Positions 48,859 to 57,488 of a stretch of 64,000 bases of DNA are shown in pieces. Both the position numbers and the translations under genes were made by a program. How positions within the stretch are numbered: the first letter of the stretch is position 1; each line of letters opens with the position of its first letter. This stretch comes from Bacillota bacterium (GTDB lineage: Bacteria > Bacillota > DTU025). Location of the stretch: positions 3,087-67,086 of the forward strand of contig JAGVTS010000064.1 of the NCBI GenBank assembly GCA_019136685.1, given 5' to 3'. A model generated the notes under the pieces. That model saw only the letters and a list, made by a program, of their open reading frames with translations, did no database searches and was not told the origin of the DNA.

Positions 48859-50142
48859 ATGGAGTGGCTGAGGATAGAAGGAGGCCGTGAGCTTCGAGGA
48901 AGGGTGTCGGTGCCCGGCGCCAAGAACTCATGCCTTAAGTTGATGGCCCTGTGCATAATGGCATCCTCTGAATGCACCATCACCAACGTGCCCTCCATCA
49001 CTGATGTCGACACCATGTGCGACCTGCTCCGGGCGGTGGGAGCCGGTATTGTGCGCCAGCGCGCTTCGGTTCTGTCTGTCGACCCGAGGCCGATTGCATG
49101 TACCCGTCTGCCGGAGCAGCTGGTCAGGTGCATGCGCGCCTCGGTACAGGTGTTAGGGCCGTTGCTTGCCAGATTCGGCGAGGTTCAGATGCCATATCCC
49201 GGCGGATGCCCCATAGGATCACGTCCGATAGATCTGCACCTTAAGGGGCTTGCCGCCATGGGCGCTCAGTTTTCGGAGGAGCACGGGCTGATCAGCGGGC
49301 GTGCCAATCGCCTAGTGGGTACGGAGATACATCTGGATTTTCCCAGTGTAGGCGCTACCGAGAACCTGATGGCTGCGGCGTGCCTGGCAACTGGAACCAC
49401 CGTGATACGCAACGCTGCCCGCGAGCCTGAGATCGTGGACCAGCAGAACTTCCTTACGCGACTCGGAGGGCAGATCCGAGGCGCCGGCACCGACACCATC
49501 AGGATCACTGGTGTGCCTGAGCTGGGAAGCACTACTTATCCGGTGATGCCCGACAGGATACAGGCGGGAACCTACATGATCGCCGCCGCAGCTACCCGCG
49601 GCGACATCACAGTCACCGACGTAGTGCCGGAGCACCTGGAGGCGGTCGGGTCTAAGCTGGCCGAGTCCGGAGCGGCCGTTATTGCCTCGGAAGATTCCGT
49701 AAGGGTGGTCATGGGCGACAGGCCGGCGCCCATATCAGTCAAGAGCATGCCATACCCGGGGTTCCCCACCGATCTGCAGGCGCCCATGGCCGCCCTGCTC
49801 ACGGTGGGTCGGGGCACAAGCGTGGTCACCGAGAACATCTTCAACAACAGGTTCCGCTACGTCGACGAACTGAGCCGCATGGGCGCCCAGATATCAGTGG
49901 ACGGCAGGACCGCCATAATCCGCGGGGTGAGTGAACTGACGGGCGCGCGGGTCGCTGCTCCGGATTTGCGCGCAGGGGCCGCTCTTGTAGTCGCGGGCCT
50001 TGCGGCCCGCGGCGAGACCATCATCGACGGCGTAGAGCACATCACACGAGGTTATGACGGCCTTTCCGAGCGATTGGCGTCCTGCGGAGCCCACATCAGC
50101 CATACTGTGGATGCTCCGGAGGCAGCATCCTTCGATTCGTGA
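48859..50142 (+). CDS. murA: UDP-N-acetylglucosamine 1-carboxyvinyltransferase MurA
   Basis: VPGAKNS, active-site Cys loop (PYPGGCPIGSRPIDLH). ATG 48859 preceded by GAGGTGG; GTG 48850 is an alternative. Confidence 0.9.
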   Translation: MEWLRIEGGRELRGRVSVPGAKNSCLKLMALCIMASSECTITNVPSITDVDTMCDLLRAVGAGIVRQRASVLSVDPRPIACTRLPEQLVRCMRASVQVLGPLLARFGEVQMPYPGGCPIGSRPIDLHLKGLAAMGAQFSEEHGLISGRANRLVGTEIHLDFPSVGATENLMAAACLATGTTVIRNAAREPEIVDQQNFLTRLGGQIRGAGTDTIRITGVPELGSTTYPVMPDRIQAGTYMIAAAATRGDITVTDVVPEHLEAVGSKLAESGAAVIASEDSVRVVMGDRPAPISVKSMPYPGFPTDLQAPMAALLTVGRGTSVVTENIFNNRFRYVDELSRMGAQISVDGRTAIIRGVSELTGARVAAPDLRAGAALVVAGLAARGETIIDGVEHITRGYDGLSERLASCGAHISHTVDAPEAASFDS

Positions 50143-50153
50143 AATCCCCTTCT

Positions 50154-50177
50154 GCCGTGGTATAATGGGGTCAGGCT
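50154..50177 (+). promoter_or_regulatory. extended -10 promoter GCCGTGGTATAATGGGGTCAGGC upstream of divIB-ftsA-ftsZ (copy 1 of a repeated 23/24-mer)
   Basis: TGGTATAAT matches TGnTATAAT. The same 15-mer plus GTCAGGC recurs at 58095-58118. Confidence 0.5.
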
Positions 50178-50203
50178 GGTCGCGCCGGGTGGAGGTGCAA
50201 GCT

Positions 50204-50953
50204 GTGCCTGACTATTCCCACATGTCTCAGTCGCCGGAGCGGCAGCGGGGGATACCATTTCCCGCCATTGCGCTGCTCTTTGTCGTTCTGTGCGTCGTCG
50301 CCTTCCTGCACTCTCCGTACTTTGAGATCAGGCAAGTGCGCGTCAGCGGCGCTGACTACCTGCTAGAGCACGAGATCCTGTTGATTGCGGATATCCCTGA
50401 GAAGTCCAACGTGTTTCTTGTCCCCACGAAAGAGATAGAGAGAAGACTCGTCGCTACGCCGCGGATACGTGAAGCGCGCGTAGATAGGATCATCCCCGAC
50501 ACGCTCCGGATCCATCTGGAGGAGCGCGCTACCGTGACTTACCTTCCGTACGGAGGCTACTTCATCGACATCGATGAGCACGGCTGCGCGGTCGCTGTGT
50601 CGGAGGCGATCACCGACCCCGACGTGCCTCTGCTGCTCGGGGTAATCCCTACGTACGTGGCCGTGGGCGAGCGCGTTAAGCCCGAGCGGTCGGTCGCCAT
50701 CGGGGCCGCGATCGGGGCAGCACTTGTACGGCAGAAGATACCCAACCTGTCGGAAGTGGACGTGACCTCGCTAGAAGACGTAGTTATCCGGACTTCAGAT
50801 GGAATCCGCGTGCTAGTGGGTTGCCTCGATGGCATCGAGGAGCGAGTAAGGCTTCTCGATTCGATCCTGGCCTCAGTGAGAGAACAGGGCACGCCGGTGG
50901 ATTATGTCGACGTCCGAGTGGAGGCCAAGCCCGTGATACGGGTGAAACGATAA
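50204..50953 (+). CDS. divIB: cell division protein DivIB/FtsQ (POTRA domain)
   Basis: Short cytoplasmic N-terminus, TM (IPFPAIALLFVVLCVVAFL), POTRA (YFEIRQVRVSGADYL...). GTG 50204 is 6 nt after GGAGGTG (ATG 50222 is an alternative). The listed ORF start 50054 overlaps murA and is rejected. Confidence 0.75.
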   Translation: MPDYSHMSQSPERQRGIPFPAIALLFVVLCVVAFLHSPYFEIRQVRVSGADYLLEHEILLIADIPEKSNVFLVPTKEIERRLVATPRIREARVDRIIPDTLRIHLEERATVTYLPYGGYFIDIDEHGCAVAVSEAITDPDVPLLLGVIPTYVAVGERVKPERSVAIGAAIGAALVRQKIPNLSEVDVTSLEDVVIRTSDGIRVLVGCLDGIEERVRLLDSILASVREQGTPVDYVDVRVEAKPVIRVKR

Positions 50954-51041
50954 ACCGCCGGACGCAAGAGGGAAACGAGCGGAGTTCTAGAATCATGCAA
51001 CGATATGGCGACCCGGTTCGGTGTGGGCGGAGGGAGCTAGT

Positions 51042-52256
51042 TTGGGCAAGAGAGACATCGTAGTTGGGCTCGACATCGGATCGAGCAAAGTATGTGCGGT
51101 CATATGCGAAAAACGCGATGATTCATCCCTGGATGTGGTGGGCATGGGAGTCAGCCCATCCGCGGGCCTCAGGCGCGGGGTGATTGTGGATATCGACTCT
51201 GCGGCGGCGGCCATATCCGATGCTGCCGCGCGGGCCGAGAACATGTCAGGTTGTGCTCTGGTTTCAGCGGTGGCCAGCGTGTCGGGGGCGCATGCAGTGA
51301 CAACATACAGCAAGGGGATGGTCGCTGTTAGCAGGCCCGATAGGGAGATAGGCCAGGACGACGTGGAAAGGGTGCTCGATGCTTCAAGAGTGGTGGCAAT
51401 TCCGCCCGACCGCGAAGTGATCCATGTGCTTCCACGAGAGTTCGTGATAGACGGGTGCCGAGGCATCCGTCGCCCGGTGGGAATGTCGGGTATCAGGCTT
51501 GAGGTGGAGACGTGCATAATCACCGGTTCGGCCACGTCGATTCAGAACGTGCGGCGCGCGGCGGCGCGCGTGGGCCTGGAAATAGATCAATTGGTGCTGC
51601 AACCCATCGCAGCGGCCGAAGCTGTGCTAACTGAGTCGGAGAAGGATCTGGGCGTGCTGATGATCGATATCGGCGGCGCCACCACCGACATCGCGTGCTA
51701 CCTCGACGGCACACTGCAGCACACTGCGGTGATACCCGTGGGCGGAAGCCACATCACAAACGATGTCGCGTTGGTGCTGCGTCTGCCTGTGGGTTACGCT
51801 GAGGAACTCAAGATCAAGTACGGCGCGGCCCGTGCGGATATGGTGAACCCGGACGAGATGTGCGGAAAGGACAACGGAATATCACGGCACAAACTATGCC
51901 AGATAATCGAAGCACGAGTGTATGAGATAATGGAAATGGTCAAGGCTGAGGCGGATGCGCGCGGCCTTGCCGGGCAACTCCCGGCCGGAATCGTGGTGAC
52001 CGGCGGCGCCGCTTTGATGCGCGGCACGGCCGAGGCGGCACAGGATGTGCTCAAACTGCCGTCACGCCTGGGCGTTCCCACGGGGGTATCGGGCATGGCC
52101 GATGTTGTGGCGAGCCCGGCATATGCCACGGCGCTGGGCCTGGTGAAGTATGCGTGGGGCAGTTCAGGCGCGGCGTCCGGGTCAGCCGGCAGGCGCCGAT
52201 CCAGCGGCTTTGCCGCGAACGTTCGTGAGTGGTTTCGGGAGATTTTCTCCTCGTGA
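51042..52256 (+). CDS. ftsA: cell division protein FtsA
   Basis: Actin-fold motifs (IVVGLDIGSSKVCAV, ...DIGGATTDIA..). TTG 51042 preceded by GGAGGGAG. Confidence 0.9.
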   Translation: MGKRDIVVGLDIGSSKVCAVICEKRDDSSLDVVGMGVSPSAGLRRGVIVDIDSAAAAISDAAARAENMSGCALVSAVASVSGAHAVTTYSKGMVAVSRPDREIGQDDVERVLDASRVVAIPPDREVIHVLPREFVIDGCRGIRRPVGMSGIRLEVETCIITGSATSIQNVRRAAARVGLEIDQLVLQPIAAAEAVLTESEKDLGVLMIDIGGATTDIACYLDGTLQHTAVIPVGGSHITNDVALVLRLPVGYAEELKIKYGAARADMVNPDEMCGKDNGISRHKLCQIIEARVYEIMEMVKAEADARGLAGQLPAGIVVTGGAALMRGTAEAAQDVLKLPSRLGVPTGVSGMADVVASPAYATALGLVKYAWGSSGAASGSAGRRRSSGFAANVREWFREIFSS

Positions 52257-52277
52257 GAGCTGCAAGGGGGATGCGAG

Positions 52278-53351
52278 GTGTTTGAACTAGAGATCGAGAT
52301 CGATCACTTGGCCAGCATCAAGGTAGTAGGTGTAGGCGGTGGCGGCAGCAACGCCATCAACAGGATGATCAGTGCGGGGCTTCGGGGCGTCGAGTTTATC
52401 GCTCTGAACACGGATGCCCAGGCTTTGCGCATGGCTGATGCTCCAAACAAGATACAGATCGGCGAGAAGCTCACTAAGGGGCTTGGCGCCGGCGCGAATC
52501 CCGAGATCGGCAAGAAGGCCGCCGAGGAAAGCCGCGAGCAGCTGGGGCAGTCGCTCAGCGGCGCCGACATGGTCTTCATTACCTGCGGCATGGGTGGAGG
52601 CACCGGTACCGGCGCCGCGCCCATCATAGCGGAGATCGCCAAAGAGCAGGGGGCTCTCACAGTGGGCGTGGTGACCAAGCCGTTCGCCTTCGAGGGCAGA
52701 CGCCGGATGGCCCAGGCCGACCAGGGAATTGCCGCGCTCAAAGACAAAGTTGACACGCTAATCGTTATTCCCAACGACCGTCTGCTGCAGGTAGTGGAGC
52801 GCAACACTTCGATCCTGGAAGCGTTCCGAGTGGCAGACGACGTGCTGCGCCAGGGCGTTCAGGGCATTTCCGACCTGATCATAGTGCCCGGCCTGATCAA
52901 CTTGGACTTCGCTGATGTCAGGACGATCATGACAGACGCGGGCTCCGCTCTCATGGGCATCGGCATAGCGTCGGGCGAAAACCGTGCGTCCGAGGCGGCC
53001 CGCACCGCTATATCCAGCCCGCTGTTGGAGGCCTCGATAGAAGGCGCCAAGGGCGTTCTGATGAACATCACAGGCTCATCCAACCTGGGGCTGTTCGAAG
53101 TGAACGAGGCGGCCGAGATAGTGTCGAGCTCCGCCGATCCCGATGCGCTCGTGATCTTCGGCGCCGTTATCGATGAATCCATGGGCGAAGATCTAAAAGT
53201 CACCGTAATTGCCACGGGATTCGAGACGGCTGTCCGCTCCCAGGCAGTGCCCGCGGGTTCCAGGCTTCCTCACGCCGACAGGGTTCAGATCAAGCCGCTG
53301 GCCGGCGGCGATGATCTTGATATCCCGCCTTTCCTCCGGCGCGCCAGGTAG
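52278..53351 (+). CDS. ftsZ: cell division protein FtsZ
   Basis: Tubulin signature [10 protein letters not shown] and [17 protein letters not shown]. Confidence 0.95.
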   Translation: MFELEIEIDHLASIKVVGVGGGGSNAINRMISAGLRGVEFIALNTDAQALRMADAPNKIQIGEKLTKGLGAGANPEIGKKAAEESREQLGQSLSGADMVFITCGMGGGTGTGAAPIIAEIAKEQGALTVGVVTKPFAFEGRRRMAQADQGIAALKDKVDTLIVIPNDRLLQVVERNTSILEAFRVADDVLRQGVQGISDLIIVPGLINLDFADVRTIMTDAGSALMGIGIASGENRASEAARTAISSPLLEASIEGAKGVLMNITGSSNLGLFEVNEAAEIVSSSADPDALVIFGAVIDESMGEDLKVTVIATGFETAVRSQAVPAGSRLPHADRVQIKPLAGGDDLDIPPFLRRAR

Positions 53352-53393
53352 AAACGCTTCGAATACATAGCCTCCACATAGCAACAACATATA

Positions 53394-53440
53394 GCGGCGC
53401 ATCCATTCTTAAGCAGGCAGGGTGCGCCGCTTCTTCATCT
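53394..53440 (+). terminator. intrinsic terminator after ftsZ (GCGGCGCA ... TGCGCCGC plus TTCTTCATCT)
   Basis: Perfect 8-bp inverted repeat with a 21-nt loop followed by a T-rich tract, 43 nt after the ftsZ stop. Confidence 0.55.
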
Positions 53441-53537
53441 CGGAATCCATCGCGCCGTTCGTCGCCCTAACCCGACACCTTTCGGAGTGAGGGGGTGCTA
53501 CACTGAATACAATTGCGTAGTGGGGGGGGTGCCGCAG

Positions 53538-54437
53538 GTGATCCGCTTGTATGTCGACTCCCTGCTACTCCTGGCCGGCAGCACGTTCATCCTCGACCTG
53601 GTCACCTTGTGGGCTGTAAGGCAGATAGGCGGCGCGGGCGCGCCCAAAGCTAGATCCGGGCCCAGGCTGGCGGCTGGGGCCGGCTTGTCGACGGCAGTGT
53701 TCGTGGCCATGGCGAGCTTGGCACAGGCGGGGCTAGTCAGCCTGACGTCAGGCGTCTCGATTCTGGCCGCGGCGGCTGGAGCCGGCGCTTCGCTGATCCT
53801 GGCTTTCCCCGGGATGTCGGTGCGAGGCGCGGTTACGGCGTTTGTCTACCGCTCTCTCCTGACCGCGCTGGCCGGAGGCGCGGCGACTGCCGCATACTCC
53901 TTTACCGCGGGGAATCCGGCGGCCTCGTTCATCGCGGCCATCGCAACGGTGGGAGTGGTGGCCGAGGCCGGCTGGGGAGCAGTCCATCGCGGCATTCGCG
54001 ACGGGCTGTTCGTGGTTCCCGTCGACATCGATTTCGGCGCCGACCGTGTTTCGGTTCAGGCACTGATCGACACAGGCAATCGCCTGCGCGACCCGGCTTC
54101 CGGCAATCCCGTGATAATAGTGGAGTACGGCGCGATCGAGTCCGCACTGCCCTGGCAGGTCAGGGCAGCTTTAGCCAAGTCCGATGACGACTTCATGGCT
54201 CGGGCGCGGGCTGTCGCCGGTTCGACCTGGTCGTCGCGGTTCAGAGCCGTTCCGTACTCCTCCGTAGGCAGGGAGAAGGGGATGATGGTAGGCTTCAGGC
54301 CCGACCGAGTACGCGTGGCGGACGGCAGGAGAATGGTCACTACTTCGCGCGCTGTAGTATGCGTTCATACATCCGCACTATGCCCGGGAGGCAACTACCG
54401 GGCGCTGGTCAACCCGGATATCCTGACGGTCGCGTGA
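53538..54437 (+). CDS. spoIIGA: sigma-E processing aspartic peptidase SpoIIGA
   Basis: Five N-terminal TM helices and the catalytic [11 protein letters not shown] (D-T-G). GTG 53538 after a poly-G SD. TGcTACACT extended -10-like element at ~53496-53504. Confidence 0.85.
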   Translation: MIRLYVDSLLLLAGSTFILDLVTLWAVRQIGGAGAPKARSGPRLAAGAGLSTAVFVAMASLAQAGLVSLTSGVSILAAAAGAGASLILAFPGMSVRGAVTAFVYRSLLTALAGGAATAAYSFTAGNPAASFIAAIATVGVVAEAGWGAVHRGIRDGLFVVPVDIDFGADRVSVQALIDTGNRLRDPASGNPVIIVEYGAIESALPWQVRAALAKSDDDFMARARAVAGSTWSSRFRAVPYSSVGREKGMMVGFRPDRVRVADGRRMVTTSRAVVCVHTSALCPGGNYRALVNPDILTVA

Positions 54438-54460
54438 GTCCACATGGGAGGCTTGCTCAG

Positions 54461-55189
54461 ATGGAGATGATTGAGAGAGCCCTCTGGATAGTACGATTGC
54501 TGCTCATCAAGCTCCTCGGCAGACTGGCTACGGCCGACGACTCAGTCTGTTACGTGGGGAGCCACGAGACGCTTCCGGCTCCGCTTACCCCGGACGAGGA
54601 GGCGTGCCTGATCGGCCGACTTATGGGTGGGGAGGAGGATGTCAGGGCAGAACTGGTGGAGCGCAATCTGAGGTTGGTCGTGTACATCGCCCGCAAGTTT
54701 GAAAGCACCGGAGTGGGCGTGGAGGACCTGGTGTCCATCGGTACCATAGGCCTAATAAAGGCCGTCAATACATTCGATCCGAGCAAGCGGATAAAGCTGG
54801 CCACTTATGCGTCCAGGTGTATTGAAAACGAGATACTGATGCACCTGCGCAAGACCAACAGAATCCGAAGCGAGGTATCATTCGACGAACCGCTCAACGT
54901 TGATTGGGACGGCAATGAACTTCTCCTTTCGGACGTGTACGGGACTGACGACGACCTGATATACCAGGCCATCGAGGAGGAAGTAGATCGTGCCCTGCTC
55001 AGCGAGGCTTTAGCCGCCTTGACCGGCAGGGAGAAGCGCATCATGGAGCTGAGATTCGGCTTCACAGGCGGGTCCGAAAAGACTCAGAAGGAGGTAGCCG
55101 ACCTGCTCGGGATATCGCAATCATACATATCCAGGCTGGAGAAGAGGATCCTGATCAAGCTGAGGCACCAGATAGTCAGGGCTGAGTGA
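54461..55189 (+). CDS. sigE: RNA polymerase sporulation sigma factor SigE (pro-sigma-E)
   Basis: Pro-sequence [22 protein letters not shown], then ...[57 protein letters not shown], near-identical to B. subtilis SigE. Confidence 0.9.
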   Translation: MEMIERALWIVRLLLIKLLGRLATADDSVCYVGSHETLPAPLTPDEEACLIGRLMGGEEDVRAELVERNLRLVVYIARKFESTGVGVEDLVSIGTIGLIKAVNTFDPSKRIKLATYASRCIENEILMHLRKTNRIRSEVSFDEPLNVDWDGNELLLSDVYGTDDDLIYQAIEEEVDRALLSEALAALTGREKRIMELRFGFTGGSEKTQKEVADLLGISQSYISRLEKRILIKLRHQIVRAE

Positions 55190-55394
55190 GACGATCACTG
55201 CAGCAGTCGGCGGCACGTGCCCAAGTCGCGCCCGGTCGGGGGAAGATCCACCCGGCCGGGCGCTCCACTATCTTGACAGCCAATGTGTTTGCACTCAATT
55301 CGAATAAGTGCAACAGAATAAACGTCGAGCATCGGAGCAATACTCTTACTGGAATCCCGGCGACGCGAAGTCAAGATTGTGGGGTTGTTCCGAA

Positions 55395-56168
55395 ATGGCG
55401 CTGAACAAAGTTGAGATCTGCGGCGTCAATACCTCGAAGCTTCCGGTGCTCTCGAGCACGAAGATAAGGGAGCTTCTGGAGGCAGTGCGCGACGGCGATG
55501 AGGAAGCGCGTGACAGGTTGATATACAGCAACCTCCGGCTGGTGTTGTCGGTCATTCAGCGCTTCACCAACAGAGGCGAATACGTTGATGACTTATTCCA
55601 GGTGGGCTGTATCGGCCTGATCAAGGCCATCGACAACTTCGACCTGGGGCAGAACGTCAAGTTCTCCACATACGCAGTACCCATGATAATCGGCGAAATC
55701 AGAAGGTACCTGAGGGACAATAACCCGATCAGAGTGTCGCGATCCCTGCGCGACATCGCCTATCGGGCTCTGCAGGTCCGTGACAGGCTCGTCGCTGATA
55801 CCTCTCGAGAGCCAACGGTGACCGAGATCGCCGCCGCCTTGGGCCTCCCGCGCGAGGAGATAGTGTACGCCCTGGACGCCATACAGGAACCGATATCCCT
55901 CTTCGAGCCGATATACCACGACGCGGGCGATCCCATCTACGTAATGGACCAGGTGTCGGATGACAAGAACCTGGACGTCAACTGGCTTGAGGGCATTTCC
56001 ATCAAGGAGGCCATGCTGAGGTTGCCGGCGCGCGAGCGCCTGATACTCCGACTCCGATTCTTTGAGGGTAGGACTCAGATGGAGGTGGCCGACGAGATCG
56101 GGATTTCGCAGGCACAAGTATCTAGACTTGAGAAGGCCGCTCTGAAACAGATGAGGGCCTCGATGTAA
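55395..56168 (+). CDS. sigG: RNA polymerase sporulation sigma factor SigG
   Basis: MALNKVEICGVNTSKLPVL...LRLVLSVIQRFTNRGEYVDDLFQVGCIGLIKAIDNFDL...YAVPMIIGEIRRYLRDNNPIRVSRSLRDIAY..., near-identical to B. subtilis SigG. Confidence 0.9.
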   Translation: MALNKVEICGVNTSKLPVLSSTKIRELLEAVRDGDEEARDRLIYSNLRLVLSVIQRFTNRGEYVDDLFQVGCIGLIKAIDNFDLGQNVKFSTYAVPMIIGEIRRYLRDNNPIRVSRSLRDIAYRALQVRDRLVADTSREPTVTEIAAALGLPREEIVYALDAIQEPISLFEPIYHDAGDPIYVMDQVSDDKNLDVNWLEGISIKEAMLRLPARERLILRLRFFEGRTQMEVADEIGISQAQVSRLEKAALKQMRASM

Positions 56169-56182
56169 AGGAGGGTTACGCC

Positions 56183-56962
56183 ATCAAACACGAACTCGCT
56201 GTCAGGGTAATCACGTGCGCCGCAATACTCGCTCTGTCATTCGTATGCTTCATGGCCGCGACTGCTCGCCCTTCCGGAGCTAGGGCGCCTGAAGAGGCGA
56301 CGCCCGCCTACAACTCGGGGAACCTCATCAGGCTGCACGTCGTTGCGCCCGGCGACGATCCCCAGAGCCAGCGCCTGAAATTCGCCGTGCGCGACAGTGT
56401 GCTTGAGGAGACCGGCAGGCTCCTGCAATCGGCGGACGATGCGAATCAGGCAACCCGGATCCTTCGAGCAAACCTATGGCAGATAGAAGCGGCGGCCGAG
56501 GAAGCGGTGGCCAGGAGCGGCACTTCACATCGAGTGCAAGCCGCTCTGGGCACATTTTCTTTTCCGGGCGTCTCGTACGGAAACGCCTTGCTGCCGGCCG
56601 GAGACTACCTTGCTCTGAAAGTGGCGATTGGGCCCGCGTTGGGCGCCAACTGGTGGTGTGTGCTGTTCCCACCCCTGTGTCCGGTGGACCTGGAGAGGAC
56701 ACGCATCCTGGAGGTCGCTGCGACCGCGGGCGATTCCTCTGCCCCAGGTTGGCAGAGCAATGCCGGCGGGCGGCTTCTCACACTTGAACTGGCGATGCAT
56801 GCCGGACCTCTGGCCGGGGCCGTCGCCCGCAGAGAGGCCACGTTCTACCAGATCGCCACCGGTTCTCCGCGTCTGACTCTGGCCCAACTCACCTGGGAAA
56901 TTCCTGCCTGGGCCTGCCGTCTTCTGAAGTGGCCCCAGCTTCAGCAGGCACGCAGCCGGTAG
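56183..56962 (+). CDS. spoIIR: stage II sporulation protein R (SpoIIR), forespore signal activating SpoIIGA
   Basis: IRLHVVAPGDDPQSQRLKFAVRDSV and GANWWCVLFPPLC match SpoIIR hallmarks (B. subtilis IRLRILANSDSDQDQQLKRHIRDAV ... GANWWCVLFPPLC). First ATG is 56252, but the signal peptide (IKHELAVRVITCAAILALSFVCF) is encoded upstream with no canonical start. ATC 56183 lies 7 nt after AAGGAGGG. Confidence 0.8.
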   Translation: MKHELAVRVITCAAILALSFVCFMAATARPSGARAPEEATPAYNSGNLIRLHVVAPGDDPQSQRLKFAVRDSVLEETGRLLQSADDANQATRILRANLWQIEAAAEEAVARSGTSHRVQAALGTFSFPGVSYGNALLPAGDYLALKVAIGPALGANWWCVLFPPLCPVDLERTRILEVAATAGDSSAPGWQSNAGGRLLTLELAMHAGPLAGAVARREATFYQIATGSPRLTLAQLTWEIPAWACRLLKWPQLQQARSR

Positions 56963-57017
56963 AACCGCCTCCTGCCGAAGCCTCAGCGCTTCGATTGCAC
57001 TCATCTGTTGCCTCCTG

Positions 57018-57025
57018 CATACAAT
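57018..57025 (+). promoter_or_regulatory. sigma-E-like -10 element CATACAAT upstream of ylmC (tentative)
   Basis: Matches the sigma-E -10 consensus CATACA-T. A putative -35 (TCATCTG) sits at suboptimal spacing. Confidence 0.25.
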
Positions 57026-57060
57026 GTGAAGGTTCATCATCTCCTGCAGGAGGTGCCTCA

Positions 57061-57330
57061 ATGATTCTCCGAGCTTCCGAACTCCGTGTCAAAGAAGTCG
57101 TCAGCGTCAACGACGGCAAGCGGCTTGGCTACATATTCGACCTCGAGATCGACATGGATACGGGCAAGGTCATTAGCTTCGTGATTCCCGGAGGCGGCAG
57201 GATCCTGGGTTTTCTGGGGCGCGGAGGTGAACTCGTGATCGACTGGGAGAACATCAAGAAAGTCGGCAAGGACGTGGTTTTGGTAGACGACTCCGAGCTC
57301 GCCGGCGCCGGCGGGTACACACCGGGCTAG
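57061..57330 (+). CDS. ylmC: PRC-barrel sporulation protein YlmC/YmxH family
   Basis: MILRASELRVKEVVSVNDGKRLGYIFDLEIDMDTGKV aligns to B. subtilis YlmC MISISEFQVKEVVNVSNGKKLGSIGDIDINVTTGKI. ATG preceded by GGAGGTG. Confidence 0.85.
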   Translation: MILRASELRVKEVVSVNDGKRLGYIFDLEIDMDTGKVISFVIPGGGRILGFLGRGGELVIDWENIKKVGKDVVLVDDSELAGAGGYTPG

Positions 57331-57436
57331 GCACGGCACGCGCTTGGAAAGTGTCCGTATGCCGCAACCAATGGCTTCACTTGCCTTCGAGGGGGGACAA
57401 TATCCGAGACGCATAACACAATAGCGCCGATTAGCC

Positions 57437-57465
57437 TTGAAAGCCGGGGCGCATGATGCTATACT
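57437..57465 (+). promoter_or_regulatory. strong sigma-A-type promoter TTGAAA-N17-TGcTATACT driving the Hint-domain gene
   Basis: Near-consensus -35, 17-nt spacer, extended -10 (TGn), then GGAGGA SD 8 nt before ATG 57489. Confidence 0.6.
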
Positions 57466-57488
57466 GCGCCTGCTGGAGGAGATGCTTC

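Noticed and set aside
50158-50170. GTGGTATAATGG motifs considered as possible tRNA or mobile-element ends
   Set aside because: No cloverleaf-compatible flanks, no inverted or direct repeats bracketing a segment, no transposase nearby. Best explained as extended -10 promoters.
50054-50203. Long divIB ORF start overlapping the 3' end of murA
   Set aside because: It would span the predicted promoter/TSS (TGGTATAAT at 50158-50166). An SD-supported GTG at 50204 gives a normal short cytoplasmic tail.
55190-55395. Attempt to identify a sigma-F/sigma-G promoter for sigG (e.g. GAATA-N17/18-CAATACT around 55316-55350)
   Set aside because: Match to the GYATA / CATnnTA or GGnnAnAnTA consensus is too weak to call from sequence alone; left unannotated.
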